A program made the position numbers and the translations under genes. A stretch of 64,000 nt of DNA. It comes from Phoronis australis. Its lineage: Eukaryota; Animalia; Phoronida. Under the pieces are notes generated by a model. That model did not search any database and had not been told where the DNA came from. It saw only the letters and a list, made by a program, of their open reading frames with translations. The stretch lies in NCBI GenBank assembly GCA_002633005.1, contig NMRA01000272.1, positions 507,581 to 571,580 of the forward strand. Reading direction: 5' to 3'. Of the stretch, positions 12,011-27,000 are shown piece by piece (positions within the stretch are counted from its first letter, which is position 1; every line of letters starts with the position of its first letter).

Positions 12011-15000
12011 CTGCAAAATATGGTCTTACATAATACCAATTGAGAGTATCTTGAACTCATAAAGATAACATTAAAATCAGGACCCTATTTTTGAAGAACA
12101 AAACTTACGTGTAGGAACTAGGCCCCCGAACAGCCAACATAGCCACACAATTTGCACAATATTCCATCTTTTTCTGAGAAATAGAATGCGCGCAAGGTGC
12201 AAGTAAGTACCCCAGTGTGGTCATCCTGAGTTCGAGTATCTTCATTTTATCAGAATCTTCGCTCTTCAAAAAGTATTTTTCTTTTCCAGAAGACAATCAA
12301 GCATTACATCAAATCAGGGGACTGTGTCTCGAACAGCCTATTGTCTTAGGGCTAAAAATCAATGTATGGATGGCTCAGTCTGATTCAAGTCAAAAAGTCA
12401 GAAAATCTGCCAAAACTTCAAAAGACAGAAACCCATAACCTGCTCGGGAGCAGCTAAACAAGTCAACTTTGGGGTACAGAATCTTCGAGAAACACTCCCC
12501 AGTTTTGCCCCTACTTACCTACGGCCGGTTGATGGAGATCGTGATCATGTGACTGGTAAATAATTGCGCGTATTGGTCCAGGAGTCGAGCACTCAGTATT
12601 GTTGAACGTGAAATACCAGAAGCAGTGGGTGCCAGTGGCGTCGGGTCGACGGTATACACGTAGAGTACTCATCCAGCGTACCTTGAGGGCGCTGCGGCTT
12701 GACAGCTTGTTGTAGGTTACTTCCTGTAAACATACAGCAGTGTAATAGACTATAGGTTCCCATGCTGAGACTGTCGAAAAGAATATCCCGTGACACGTGA
12801 TCTGTCGTAAAAAGTAGGGTTTCGTAAGTAAGAAACGAAGGCTAGACCTCTTAACATGGGTGCAGAGTTGTTAACTTTAAGTGTCGCACGGTAAGAGCAG
12901 AACATACATGTATGCACGGTCACATTCCGCATATACTGAGCTGATGTTAGTTTACAGGAAACTGCGTAGACGCAAAACTTGATGTGACTATTCCAGTAAT
13001 ACCCTGTCTTCGTATTTTACAAGTAACATAGGAGAATTGGGAAGAACGACTATGAAGGCAATTAGATTATTGAAAACGATAAAGTATTAATTAATGCTTT
13101 TGACATGCTCGGAAAATAGGTATGTTAAAGTGTGCTATTATTATCAATACGAGATGTCTGAATTAAGAAATAATATAAGGACTGTTGGGCATTTCAGATT
13201 ATAAATATTTTACTTTCGTGTGATTTTGGAATTGTCAGCAGTTGGAGATGAGACTGTATTTTTAACATTCTTAAATGACATTAAACATCAGATGTGGCAC
13301 GAAAGTGTATCATTATTAAGCAATACATTTATATAGATTATTCGAAGCTACGATGATATTATAGCATTATGTTTTAAACCCAAAATGTGCTATGATACGG
13401 TTAAAATGTAACAACTGTTACATTTTATGTCATTGTTACATTTTACGTTGCTAGGCCTCTCCTGAAATGTTACAAGTTGTTACATTTTATGTAATTGCTA
13501 TGTCGAATGCACATGCGAGAAATGTACCATTGTTACATTTTACGAAAGGAACGTCATATTTCATGTTTTTGCATGATATTGGTCACACGGAAGAAAACCG
13601 TTGACACACTTAACGCCTTCTTTCTTGGATTGTGCGAATGAAATTCTATCAAATGTGCCAGGTCGAATTTATAGATGTGTCCCTATGTGCTTTACATGGT
13701 TTTTAACATGATTAGTTTCATGCTATAGTCAAAATGCACAATGTAGTTTCAACTGCACACGAAAGGAGTTTCCAGGATCAGGTAACAAGTTTTTTTATTG
13801 TTGAAGCGTTCTTGCAAACTTTTGTTGACGCTCAAAGGTCATAAATCAGTTGTGTATCCGGCATTACAGTAAAAACACTTCCCTTAGTAAGCACAAAAAT
13901 GAGATCGTACTTGGCTAATATTTATCGTATTTGTTTGGGAACTAACGACCATAACAAAGTTTTTCATGGAGAGTTCAATTTCGGAAGTCAGTTTGATAGA
14001 AAAAACACCAGTTTTAGTCCATGATAGTTTGGTTTATTTCGGTCAGTGTTTTATTGCCTTGGAGTCATCGCTAATGTAGTAATTGTCTGAGTTATATAAA
14101 GCTTCAAAAGTTATCTGCTGGATAAATTTGATTGTTGCATGACGTCTGGTGCATTGTTCAACAATAACAACGTGACGCGTGATAATGCGACGTCATTGTT
14201 GCTATTCAGCGTATAATTTTATGCATTTGGGTCCTGCTCCACACAAAAGGAGTAAAACCAATGTTTCTGTTGCGGACAGGTTCTGTCTATAACCTTAGTT
14301 ACGAATGACAATTTCTTAAAGACATTTTGGTGGAAGGAAGTAAAAGCACGCATTTATTTGCCGGCAGGTTGACAAATTTTGCCAAAACAACAGCAAAATA
14401 TCGCCTTTGAGAAGGGCGAGCCAATAGTGGCGGCACAGTAACGTGTTTTATACATCTTAAAAGCTGAAAGAAATATAATTGTCCCTATGATGTCAAACCT
14501 GTCTGAAATAGTAGTGGTAACGACAGGTCAAACCGTGACGTGTATACATAAAAATGGGATGCCTATCTGGGTAAATAGAAAATATTTTGCACTTTGAAAG
14601 GACATAATTATTTTGCTCAAACCTGGACAGGTCTAGGTCGATACAGGTACTTTAAAGGGGCAATAGTCCAAAAAGCTGTTGTCGGCCTTTCGGGCTATAA
14701 AAACATGCACTTTCTCTTTCTATTGTCTTTTAAGGTAAAATATGAATTAAAATTACTATTTGATCAATGTTCATTAGTTCGAAGTACATGTAAATAAAGA
14801 CAAAGTTTGGACATTCTAGTATTAATGGACGTGAAGTCACGTGTCTCACGAGGAGCCATTTTTGTGTTGTAGCTCGCACATAAACGAATTTGGCATATTT
14901 ACCCTTTTGATACATTGCATAAAATGCTCATATTAAACTTCGACGTTGGCGGTTTTTGTTCCATACAATACACTTTCAATGAAACCTTGTTCAAATCACT

Positions 15001-18000
15001 CTATTAAATCACTGTGTTTTTTAAGAATATTAAACCCGTTCCACATAAAATTACTGCGCGTTTTGCATGTCCATTACCAGATATTCTAATGACCCAGTGA
15101 CCGCAGCCGACTAATCGTTAGTTCTCGAAAAATGTCTGCCTCCAGAGTTCATCGTGGAACAATCCATGGTTCTTTGACAAGGAATGTTTTAGACCAGAGA
15201 CAAAAATGATTACACAGCGGGTATCCTCACGTTTAGATGAAAGTCGCGAGTAAAATAGTGCGGTATGATGGATACCTTTATATTTACAAACAATACAGTG
15301 CATGCCGATAGGTCAGAAATAATCAATTTTTGAAGTAAATGAATGTCTAAACAAGATTTTAAATCTCAACCTCCTCGTTTCCAAGAAGTAGGCCTACACT
15401 GCATCCATAGCTGTCAAGACGTTCCTCATAATATCGTTAAGGCAGAACCCCTTTACAATCCTTTGGAACAGCACTGGCTGTCCACTATAGAAAGACCGAT
15501 GAAAACAATGAATCATAAATGAGATGATTTTAAAATTTTTGAGGGCCATGATGTATTAGCACTTTGCTAAACATGTATTGTGTCCTCATTAAATAAATTT
15601 TAAAATATTCATAATATTCATAATAACGATAACGAAAACGATAACGAGTAACAGTAGTGATAGTAGTAATAGCAGTAATAGTAGTAATAGTTATAAGAGT
15701 AGTATTAGTAATGTAGTACTAATAAAAAATTATGATAGGTAGCCAAATTCATGTCGTGTCAGCAAGGAAAGCATTCTATAGAATAGGTATACGAAAAGTT
15801 CCGCTCAAAAGGGTGTTCTTTTACAGAAAAAATACTCTCCAAAATGGTGCCATTTTCGACAAAATGATATCTAAAAGGTGCCGTTCTTGAATTTCTGGAA
15901 CAAAAGTGTGCGAAAATGTGAATTTTTACGCAAATTAGTCTCTAAATGGGTCACTTTTTTGTCCGATCCCACTCTCTAAACGGGTACGTATTCAAATTTT
16001 GCAGGCGGCACCACTCGTACAAAAATACTTCAGTACCCCTGGTAATGTCAGATACCACTTGTTCGTGATTTTGGTAATTTTCCTTGCAATATGACGTGGG
16101 TTTCGTAAAATGTAACAATAGTACATTTCTCTCATGTGTGTTCGACGTGAATTGTAACAACTACGTAAAATGTAACAATGACGTAAAATGTATCTGTTGT
16201 TACATTTTACGAAAATTTTACATTTGACGGCGTATCAGTGCTTTTCGCAAAAAACGTTTGGGCGATGTCGATGTATCAATGACTTGTTGATGGTTGAGAT
16301 GGGACGGTACCTTAGGATTTCCAGAGAGGCGCCCTTTATGTTACGAGATGAGATTTTGAGAGTGATTGCCATTTCTTGTTACTATGCCCTTTGTATGTGC
16401 ACCTTCGACCAAAATTTGTCATTCCAATTGCTGCAATGGATGTACCACGTGTTTCCGGTCGAAAGGTATTAATGCCATAACGGATGTAGCCAAGTTCCTA
16501 GTCCATACAGGGAAACAGAGACGTACTGTATTAGATGATGAATTGTATCTTTTTTCTCGTCTTTGCATTTTGCGTGAAACAACTTACGCGTATGCGTGTT
16601 TATAAGAGTTCTACAGTGCTGTGTTGAATAATAGAATTTTGGGTTTCTGTGAACAGAACAATATTTTAGTTGACGAGCAAAATGGTTTTCGAAGCCTGTA
16701 TTGATCACTTATATGTCTTGTCATCAATTATTCAAACAGGAAAGTCGTCTAACCTTTCTACATTTGTGACATTTGTGGACATAGAAAAAGCTTTTACTAG
16801 ACAAACCATGAACTTCTGTTTTATAGATTACGCAAAATAATATTAATCGTAGAATGTATGATGCAATTCGTAGGATTTACAGAAGTCCGTTGAACTGTAT
16901 ACGATTAAATGGCACTCTGTATAGTGGTTGGTTCACTCTTGAAAATGGTGTCCGTCAGGGGGACATTTTATCACCGACACTCTAACTTTGCATTACATGT
17001 ATATGTAAATGACTTAGCTCTGGATATTAAAAAAAAATGGGTAAACGTGTCCAATGTGGCTCGAACAATATCTCAGTGCTTCTTCATGCCGACGATATGC
17101 ACTTTTGTCTGAGAATGAAAATGACATGCAAGATATGTTGAAGGTTTTAAACAACTGGTGTAAAAAGTGGAGAATGGTTGTAAACATGGCAAAAACTAAT
17201 GTTGTCCATTTTCGAGCTAAGTCTATGCCTAGAAGCAATTTTGAATTTGTTTTGAACAGTGTCGCCAGTTATAAATCCTCATACAAATATTTAGGCTGTA
17301 TTCTGAATCAGCACCTTGACTTCAAAGAAAATTTGAATTCGTTATCTGAAGCTTCTGGTAGAGCGTTAGGGAAGATATGCTCAACATTCCGTGATAACAA
17401 GAATCTAGGATTCGAAACTTTTAAAACATTATTTAATTGGTGTGTGGCACCAATATTAGATTACGGGTCATCTGTCTGGGGTTACAAACATTTTGGTAAT
17501 GATGAAAATATTCCAATCAGAGCTATGCGTTTTTATTTAGGGGTCAAAAAATTTACAGCCACTCATGCTGTTAGTTGCGATATGGGGTGGGACTCCACCG
17601 GAAATAGATTTAAATTGAATATTCTGCGTTTTTGGAACAAGCTAGTAACCGCAGGTGGTGATAGGATACTGAAGAAGGTATTTCTATGGGACTGCTCTGT
17701 TGGTAGAAAGGGTTGGATACACGGAATCAAAAATTTGTTTGACATAACTGGCATGCAATCCTGTTTTCAAAATTTGACTACTTGTAACATAGTAGACGCT
17801 AGAAACTAACTACCGGTATTTGAATACGCGAAACATCTTTGGGCTGAGTCTGATGTAACGAAACCCAAGTTAAGAACCTACTTTTTATTTAAACAGGAAT
17901 TTTTAACTGAACCTTATGTAAAGATTAATTTATCTCGTTCCGAGCGATCTGTTCTGGCTCAGCTTAGAGCAGGAAATCTCCCATTGCACTTGGAAACTGG

Positions 18001-21000
18001 TCGTTATGTAAACACTCCTGTAAGTGAAAGACTTTGCTTTTGTTGTGATTCTGGTTCTGTGGAGGATGAGCTACATTTTGCGTTTGATTGTTCTCTTTAT
18101 AACTCACTTCAGTATTTCCTTAGGCAATTTGCCAAATATATCAAGTCTGCTTTTGAACTCAGAAATCGACGCATTTATGGTAGGCTTACATCTCAGTTGT
18201 GTGGTTAAAGTCCTTCTCTCACGCGTTGTTAACCCTTATTACATGATTAGAGGATGTTATAAGGATCCAAGAAGTACTTACCCCACAACTAATACACAAT
18301 CCGTACTCGAAAAAAGTTTAAATGAACGCGCCACTCACGATTCGCACCCGACGAACCACCGCCATTTTGAACTTGCCGCGAACGCGGAAGTACAATTCAT
18401 TCAGGAACCCAGGCCGAGAAAACGCCGTCAGTGCGACTGGAGCAGTGCCTGTACTGTTACCAGCCAGGAAACGAGGATAAAATAACCGACAGCGCGCCTT
18501 AATTTTAATAAAATCAAACTACGGACAATTATATCGAATTTGCTGAAGAAATGTCGCGAATAAATTTTGGCAGAAATTATTTTGCCAGACTCGGGACTGC
18601 AGCCTATCGGACCCGGTGCGGATCGAGACCAGACACTGGCGAACGGTAAATGCATGCGGTTGCAAGCTGTTTTGTCGAAGTAAAATGGTCAAATCGTTAT
18701 TGCCGGGTTCCGCTTCCTCGGATGGGCGAAGTCACCATTCCCGTGCTGCCATTATGGCGTTTTAACAATGCCCATCTTGCAGAGTCTTAGTTAGTTTTAT
18801 CTATTGACGTCATAATAAATGACAATATTCGCAATCCTCCTCTTGTTTTACTCTGCAACATAGCTCGTGGCGTACCCCGGGCAAAATAGATTACGATAAA
18901 TTAAATTTAACTTGTTAAATGCATTTATCGTCATTATTTTGACACTTGTCTCTTTATTTTGATACCAGTCCTTAGGGTTTATTTTGCATTACTCATCTCT
19001 ATTTATAGCCTCAAGGGCCTACTTTTGTATTCATACGTTTCTCTACACGACTCCTGATTGGTCGCCCATATTTCCTTTGTTCTGTTCAACGTGGTCTCTC
19101 ATTCAGCCACCTACCTCGTCGTCTACAAGACCTACGTTTGTTCTCTTCATTTTTTCCCCACCCCCTATCCCGGGTGTCGGTTCCACTTTCTCTTTGCTCA
19201 TATACATTTCCTGTTAGGTTTTTTCAAGTTTTGTGTTCATTTTCAGTACTTCTCCTTTAAGCCCTTCAGGCAGTTCTTTTGTTTTGTTCCCTCTTTCAGG
19301 GCTAATCATTGTAAACGCCGGTGGGCGTTTTGTCCATGTCCATCTTGCAGAGTCTTAGTTAGTTTTATCTATTGACGTCATAATAAATGACAATATTCGT
19401 AATCCTCCTCTTGTTTTACTCTGCAACATAGCTCGTGGCGTACCGCGGGCAAAATAGATTACGATAAATGCTGCATATATTCAAGCGTAGTTTCAGAAAC
19501 TTGCATGAAATTACGAACACAAAAACACGAAAATTGAACAAAGTTTCTTTTTTGTAGCAACGTTTGACAAATTACAAAGTAGCCGATTGAACATGCCTTT
19601 CAGTTCAGCAAAAATCGCCATGTTGTCGGTGCCGCCAGAAATGAGACGAAGTCCAACGGGAATTGTGAGCACATATATCACTTAATGAGTAACAACTACG
19701 AGGCTGAAATTTGGTGAACACTGTTAAATCGTGTAGAATAGTAAGTAAAGATATGTCTAACTAAATTTCACCGTGATTTGTTGGCGAAAACAAATTACAC
19801 AAAGTTTTAAACTCGTAACTTATCCCGCTGTCCTCCAATATGGCCGACGCGATCCAAACAAAGTGACCCCAAAATTTCGCAACAAAACTTGCAATAACTT
19901 TACACTGCTTGCCCCGATTTTGATACTTTTTCAATTTTTACTGAGTAGAATGTACTACCTTTCCGATGATAGCAAAGTACTTTTTCAAAACGAGAAAAAA
20001 ACAAAACCGAAAAAAATTGGTTCGACCCATATTGGTTCCTAGGTTCGACCGGCCTACGTAAGGAACTAAACACCAATGCTATTTTAACATACTAAGTACG
20101 CGTAACTCTCCAAAAAAGTCAACGACCACTAACTATAAACAATAAATACACTACATATGCAAACGAACCACGAGGTATTACTAATAAAACAAAATAATGA
20201 AGACTATTCGAGCAAGCAATAGCACATTCAGTTACAAGGAAAAAATGGCGGCATTCAGGACAAGTTCCTGAACTGATGAGCCGGAAATGTGGGTACGGAA
20301 ATAACCGATGACAGCCGGTAATTATACGCTCACAGAGAAGGGTCAAATACAGTTAAAAAATCGCTTTTGGCAAGAAAGGCGAAACGAATATAAAGAAAGG
20401 GTGCCGAAAATAAGAATTTATGTAGTAAGTATTTTCGGATACTGGAACCACATGGGCAGTTTGAGAGAAGAACTTTAAAGTGACTAATAAGCTCAACTGG
20501 GCTGAGTACTTATCTTTCTTTCGAATTTTGAACCTATAATTGTTTGACTTAATTTTAGTTGTCACCATAATAAATAAGCACTACTACTGCTGGTGGTGCT
20601 GCTGCTGGTGGTGCTGCTGGTGGTGCTGCTGGTGTTGCTGCTGCTGCTACTACTGCTACTGCTGCCACTTCTCCTACTGCTTCTACTGATGCTGCTGCTA
20701 CTACTACTGTATAGTGTGATTGTTTCTTTAAAAGGGTGGTTGGCTTAATTACACAAAAAATCACTTGCTTATTGAGAAGAAGTTCCTAATCTACGATTAA
20801 GTGACTTAAAGTAAATAACTGTGACAAAATAACAAACAAATGAAAGCGCTCTCAGGGCAGAAATTTTGAGAAATCTTCTGGAAAACAAAGACAGTCAGAC
20901 CGCTGACGATAACTGCAATGACACCAACGACGATGCAGAAGACATTCCTGACAACAATTGTAACAACACCGAAATAGGCGCCAGAACTTGAACATCGAGA

Positions 21001-24000
21001 GCGACATCGACGAATACGACAAAACTGACAGCAAAGCTGATGCACTGGCAACGATCAAGATGCTGCAAGTATTTACGGGGCAAGTGAGGAAGTATTGAGC
21101 ATCACTATTAGTTACACCACAGATACTCTTACTAAAAAGTTGGAAAATTGTGAGGGAGCTTTTGCGTGTTGAAGTACAACACCGCTCTCGTGGTTATCAC
21201 GAATCCATTTTCAGGTGACCAACGTACTTTAGTGGTAGGAAAAAGAAATAAGTTATCTTATGTTCCAGCGGTAAATTATTCCACAAATGCAATCCTGCAA
21301 ATAATTGATTTTTAAACGATCGAGGGTAATTACGGAGAATTATACATTCTAATAATGGCTACGTTCGAAAAACTATTGATCCCATGAATAACTTTATGTA
21401 AATAAAAATCAGTGCTGTTTTCTCAACAGTTAAATCAAGAATTTCCAAGACTGTAATTCTACTAAAACCCGTGATTCAAGAACAGCTTGGTACTGAAGTC
21501 TTTCAAGTTTACAAAGTGAAGTCAAATTTGCGGTACAATAGATAGTCCATGTACATTCACATAAAAATGAGATAACTTAAAATAGTTGTAGATCATTTTG
21601 AAATGGCAAATGGAAATACGATTAGAAAGTGTTCTGAATGATTTGAACTGTTTTTGAATTTGTATAATTACATGTATCAGCACAAAATGATGATATTCAC
21701 AATGATTTGGGGATCAAGTAGAACACCCAGGTGCTTAACTGACACAGTTTAATTAAGGAACGATAGCATCATTCAAGTACAGTCTAGAAAGTGTGTCGAT
21801 ATTGTGTGAAGCTTTTAACGAGACCCTTTTGTCTTTTGGATAAGGAAAGAAAATAGACGTATCGTCAGTATACAAAAATGTTTCAGAATACAGACTGTCG
21901 GGTAGGTCATTATTAAATATTAGAAAAAGCAACGACCCCAGTGCACTGCCTTTTGGAACACCAGCTTTAACATACGCAATTGGCGATTCATCAGAAACAA
22001 CACCATCACACTCAATGAATAGGTTCTATTTAAAAGATATGACTGAATTAAACCGTGCATAGTTACAAAGAAGATCACGAGGAACCGACTCAAACGCAGA
22101 ATCCAAATCCAGTAAAAACACTACGAACCTTGTTATTCTCACGAAATTAAGTGATCATCGTGGTAGTTTTGCATGCAGCACAAATAAGTTAATAAAACGG
22201 GAGTATAGCACGGTAATGGGACGATAATAGGTTACTACAGTCGTAAAGTCCTTTTCATGCACATGAATCAATAATCCACATTTCGATCTCGTTGGAAGGA
22301 CACCAGAATGAATTGGTTACTGGAATATTTAACATTGGTCGTACCTATCGTACCCAAAATTCATTACCTTGGCCTAAAATGACAGAAGCTGTTGCTGACA
22401 ACAAAAGAAATGTCAAATGTGTCGTCAGTTATCCTTCTTATTGTGAACGTTCGCAAAGAAGTTTTATGCCATTGAGATTTTAATCTCAAAGGTTGGTTTG
22501 GATAACACTGGTCAAAACAAACGTATTTGTGATCATAGTGCTCGAAGACGCCTTCATCTGTCCAAAATGAATTTTGATACCACTCAATTTTATTAAAACG
22601 TGTCCCCAGACAACCCCTTTCAATATTAGTATTGAATATATTCAAAAAGCAAATATACTACACTTCATTTGTTTAAACCTCAACATTATTTTTCCGAACA
22701 CATGTAAACAAACTGATAAATACTGTCACGCATGTTTTGCATGGTGCATGCCCTTTCTTTACCAAGTTTAAGGTCAACAACTTTTAAACTTGGGATAAAC
22801 CGTTTTAGGTGTACTAAAAGTAGACTAGTCACGAATTTTTTTTACTCTGGTTCCTGCAATAGATGTATAATCCACATTTTCCTAGGCACCTGAAATTGGA
22901 TTCCAAATCTGTGATTGGGTAATGTATTGTTTACAGGGGCCTCGAGATGGCGGCAATCGCAATGATGTTGGATTATAAACATCCTCTTTGAGCTAGCAAG
23001 CTAATTTTGTTCTCCATACCATGTAAATTTCCATCGAAATGAGGCGGTTAACTATGGGAAGAGTTGAACACCAATTTGACCAAGTTGTCAGTTATAGCAC
23101 AAGGTACAGCAGCGCTGAACGCTTACCTTGATGACTCCGTCGTTTTTGTCGTCGTTTAGGGCGTACCAATAATGATGAGCCAGGTTGAATTGCGGAACAC
23201 GGATGCTTGTACCATCTGGTCGTACATCTAAAAGCAAAACAACTTCATAAAATTGGAACGCTCGTGGTTCTCACATCCTTTTAAACGAGCGTTCTCACTT
23301 ATGCTTCATTAATTCCTGGTGCCGAAGAAGCAATGACAAGTGTGGAAGGCAGTATTTGACTTACATGCACTGATCTTTGAATTCAGCCTAACTTCCTCGA
23401 CTATAATACGACTGTAACCGTTCCAGCCTTGGTAAGGTCTATAGCTGCTGTATCCACTGCACGTTTGGTGCCACAGCTGGATTTTCACGTTTCCAGCGGG
23501 TATGCCGTAACAGATTCCACCAACTGAAATACGATTTAACCGGTCAGAATTGCTGGTTCGTGATAACGCCATGTAGTTATAGTACCCTGGGGTGACTTAC
23601 ATATAACCGAAGTTCCCAAAGTTTAATGACGTCTTTAAGTCATAAGGACGTCCATGAACATTAACGGCCGTGACATGAAACATTCCAGTTTTTACTTCAA
23701 AAGAGAACTCAGATGATGAACACACAAGGAAAGTCCTTGAATTGTCTCTCTAAAAATAAATCATGTAGTGAGGCGAAGTCCAATAGAATGTTACTGTTGA
23801 CATTACTAAAGACTTCACAACCAATAACCAATTGTTTGACGACATTGAAATACTCGTTGTGTAACGCTCATTGACAATAAAACCATCAGAAGTACAAATA
23901 CTACAGCTGGTTAAGAACCTCGTTAGGTACCAAAACTTTCTTCGGTCATTGGGAACCTTTTCAAGAAATTTGTCTAGTGATTTTTTGAATTAAAGGGGTT

Positions 24001-27000
24001 GTAAATCCCTCTTCTCTCTCTCCACCAAGTTTTTGATTTACACCACTTAGCTCAAATAATTGATCTTATAGAGGCATAGAACGCGAAAGCTCGTCAAAAA
24101 TATCTTTTAAACAATTCCTGACGAAAGTATTCTAGTACAAACGAATTCACTTTTCCCTATGAGGAAATTTCCAGAAAAAATCACACACGTATTTGAAAAC
24201 GCGCTAAGGAAAAACTCTGTGGTTACCACACAGTTTTTAATCCCCCTCCCACTTACGACTGACAAATGTGCACATGAGCTCACGGCCAGTTGCTTGAAGT
24301 CGCTTACGGCCAAAGGTCACATTTTTCATATAAGTGAAATGTTCTACGTCTATGTCTTGCAATACCAAATACGGAAACGTGTTTTGCTTTGTGGGAAGAA
24401 AATCGACGAAGTGACGAGCAGTTGACAGTTCGTTTCTTGAAATTTGAAACTAAAAGAAAATACTTTGATTTCAACAGAAATTAAAAATATTTAGGAGCAA
24501 ACTCTTAAAATACCCGGTGAACATGTTGAATTCTGTTTCAGTAGCAGCAGACAACCACTTTAAATATTGTAATTTAGACTGTTTATCGAGTTCCAAGCCT
24601 CTTTAAAATTTCCTTAGTTATATTGGAGATGTTATTTAGGGCTTCGAAAGGACTAAGAGATTCTTATGACTTGAGATTGGGTTACGTAAGTTCGCTTGTA
24701 ACGGCGTGTCATTTTATGGGCGTGGTCTCGGCGAAAAACTTACTGGCAATTCTTTGCAAACCCAAAAACAATTCTCACCTGAGCAAGAAACGAGCCGATT
24801 CAAGTTACCGGTCTAAATAAAAATTTCGATTCCTTGGGGTAACGCGGGAGCTCATAACCACTTTAACGACTGGGTTGTTTCAAAAATATAACTTTAAATA
24901 TTGGCAACATCCATAGGCGGATTTATGGGGGGGGGGCCCAGGGGGCCCGCCCCCNNNNNNNNNNNNNNNNNNNNNNNNNNNNNNNNNNNNNNNNNNNNNN
25001 NNNNNNNNNNNNNNNNNNNNNNNNNNNNNNNNNNNNNNNNNNNNNNNNNNGGGGGCTCAAATCCAATTTCAAGTGTCAAATTCGGAACACGGCGCATTCG
25101 TAACGGAACTATGGCTAAGTATAGGCTCTCCCGCGATATCCCAGGCGACCGGCAGTGGCGCTGCGCACTACGACTCAGTTTCCGTCGTCTGCTCCACTGT
25201 GCAATGAAGAAAATTTACTTCATTTTTTAAAGAAAATGGAACCTGAGTGACGATGAAAAATCAGAAGCTGGTGGTAAGATGGGAATTTTAATCGAAGCCT
25301 TAGAAACTCGCAAACCATATGTTAAGACGATTTCCAAAGCAATCCCGTCATTATTGCCAACACGAAAAACGGATTTGGTCTTTTGGGCATTTTAAGACTA
25401 TTTCAAATACGACAAATTTGTTAAGAATCGATGGCACTAAACGTGTAATAAGCATTACAAAAAGAAGTAGGTTTCGCGCGCAAACGCTGTGGACCATAAA
25501 CAAGTAGGTCTCTTAGTATGCCATTAGTAGTTAAATCGTGGTAGTGTAGTGGTAACGCACGCGCGCTCTATGTGCAAGGTCGTGAGTTCGAGTCTTTGTT
25601 GCTTGCAGTTTTTCCTGTTTGACACGTTCTCCGTGTTTTTTTTGTCTTTTTTTTGGATAATCAAGAAAAATACTTGATTTTTAGAGGTAAAAACAGAAAA
25701 ATTTCCTGGGCGGGAGGGGGGTTTGCCCCCTCCCGACCTCCCCCCATTCGGTGCTATGCGCATCTATCGTGGTTCAGTTTGTGCAAATGTTTACAGCCGG
25801 ACAAAATGTTGGGCCCCCCCTTGCGATATCCTAGATCCGCCACTGACATCAGCAAAAGTAAACTGGCGCGTGAAGTGGCGATGATATTGTTATTATCAAT
25901 AATAAAAAAATCAGGCTGAGTTCACAGGTACACTGAACAGTTCATGTAGTTTGAATCAGACATACACGAAACCTTAGACAATGTAAAGACCTGGAAGCAG
26001 TAGTGAAACAAAACAAAGTAACTAGACCGACTCACTCATGGTTGTGAGTTACTTTACCGACAAGCCTGTGCGTTTAGCCAAATAAAGTGTATACACAAAA
26101 CTAATCAACTGTTACTTCTAATGACTTCAAACTCGAGCAAATACAATGCAGATTTACCATTGTATACAAATAAAAATGACGACGTCAATTGCTTAAAGTA
26201 TGATCAGTTTCTTTCCGTAGTACACCACCGCTGCCGCTAGTAGTCGCCTTAAACGTGGCAACAGCAAGAACAACGTCACAGTATAACTCAACACTGTGTA
26301 AGTAAATGAAGAACATCAAGAGCAACCCGTAATACTGTAATAAAGGAAAACGTTACTTTCGCGTTTTTCGTCAATTGTTAAAGGTAACATGGGCGGCGCA
26401 CCATAGGGGCTGGGGTGGGGGGTATTGCCCACACTTTTTTTCAGTGCTGCGCCGCCTGAGGGTAAAAGGAAAGTTGTGACGTAGACTGAACAGAAATTGT
26501 TAAGGCATGTTAGCCCGGCCATTTCATGATTAGGCAGGTAAAAGGAGAAACACCTCGTGTTATATTTTACAATGAAATTCTTACTAGGAGCGTCTCTTAG
26601 TTGGTTTCCTTTATCGTCTGAGTAGTCAAGTTGTCCTAAGACAGCGTCTACTTTCCCGGGATTTGAACACTCCACGTCGTTAAATTTGAAATAGTATCTC
26701 CCACATCTATGTGTTCCTGAAGTAGGATGCTCTTGTAGCTGACCGCGCCAAACCACACGGAGTCCAGTTGATGAAATTCGTTTTGGAAATGTTATTACCT
26801 AAATATATGTATAAAACATGTATAAGAAAACACTTGACCATTCCCGCGTTGCTTATCATTCTGTTGGTAATAAACTTCCATTCGCTAGTAAAAGCCTACT
26901 TGCAATTAGATGACGCTAATTAGTTACAAGAGCAAATGTGGGCGTTGACTTGCGCCGTGTGCATTTCACACAGCACATAATCAGGGTGTTCGTTGCAAGT

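Noticed and set aside
12011-12518. Intron 10 has the same length (508 nt) as intron 3 (35762-36269)
   Set aside because: The introns occupy different positions in the cassette and show no visible sequence similarity. Coincidence.
13393-13560. CRISPR-like short repeats
   Set aside because: The units are irregularly spaced, have no unique fixed-length spacers and form part of a transposon TIR in animal DNA. No cas genes are present.
20265-20310. CTGATGAG...GAAA hammerhead-ribozyme-like core
   Set aside because: I could not form stem II or stems I and III. Other CTGATGA hits (about 3125, 7708, 50896, 57101, 58407) also lack the fold.
20555-20764. Ala/Pro/Val-rich ORF
   Set aside because: It is the translation of a trinucleotide microsatellite, with no supporting splice or domain context.
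25535-25605. Functional tRNA gene
   Set aside because: A and B boxes are present, but the cloverleaf stems are broken and it sits inside a repeat. Treated as SINE-like debris.
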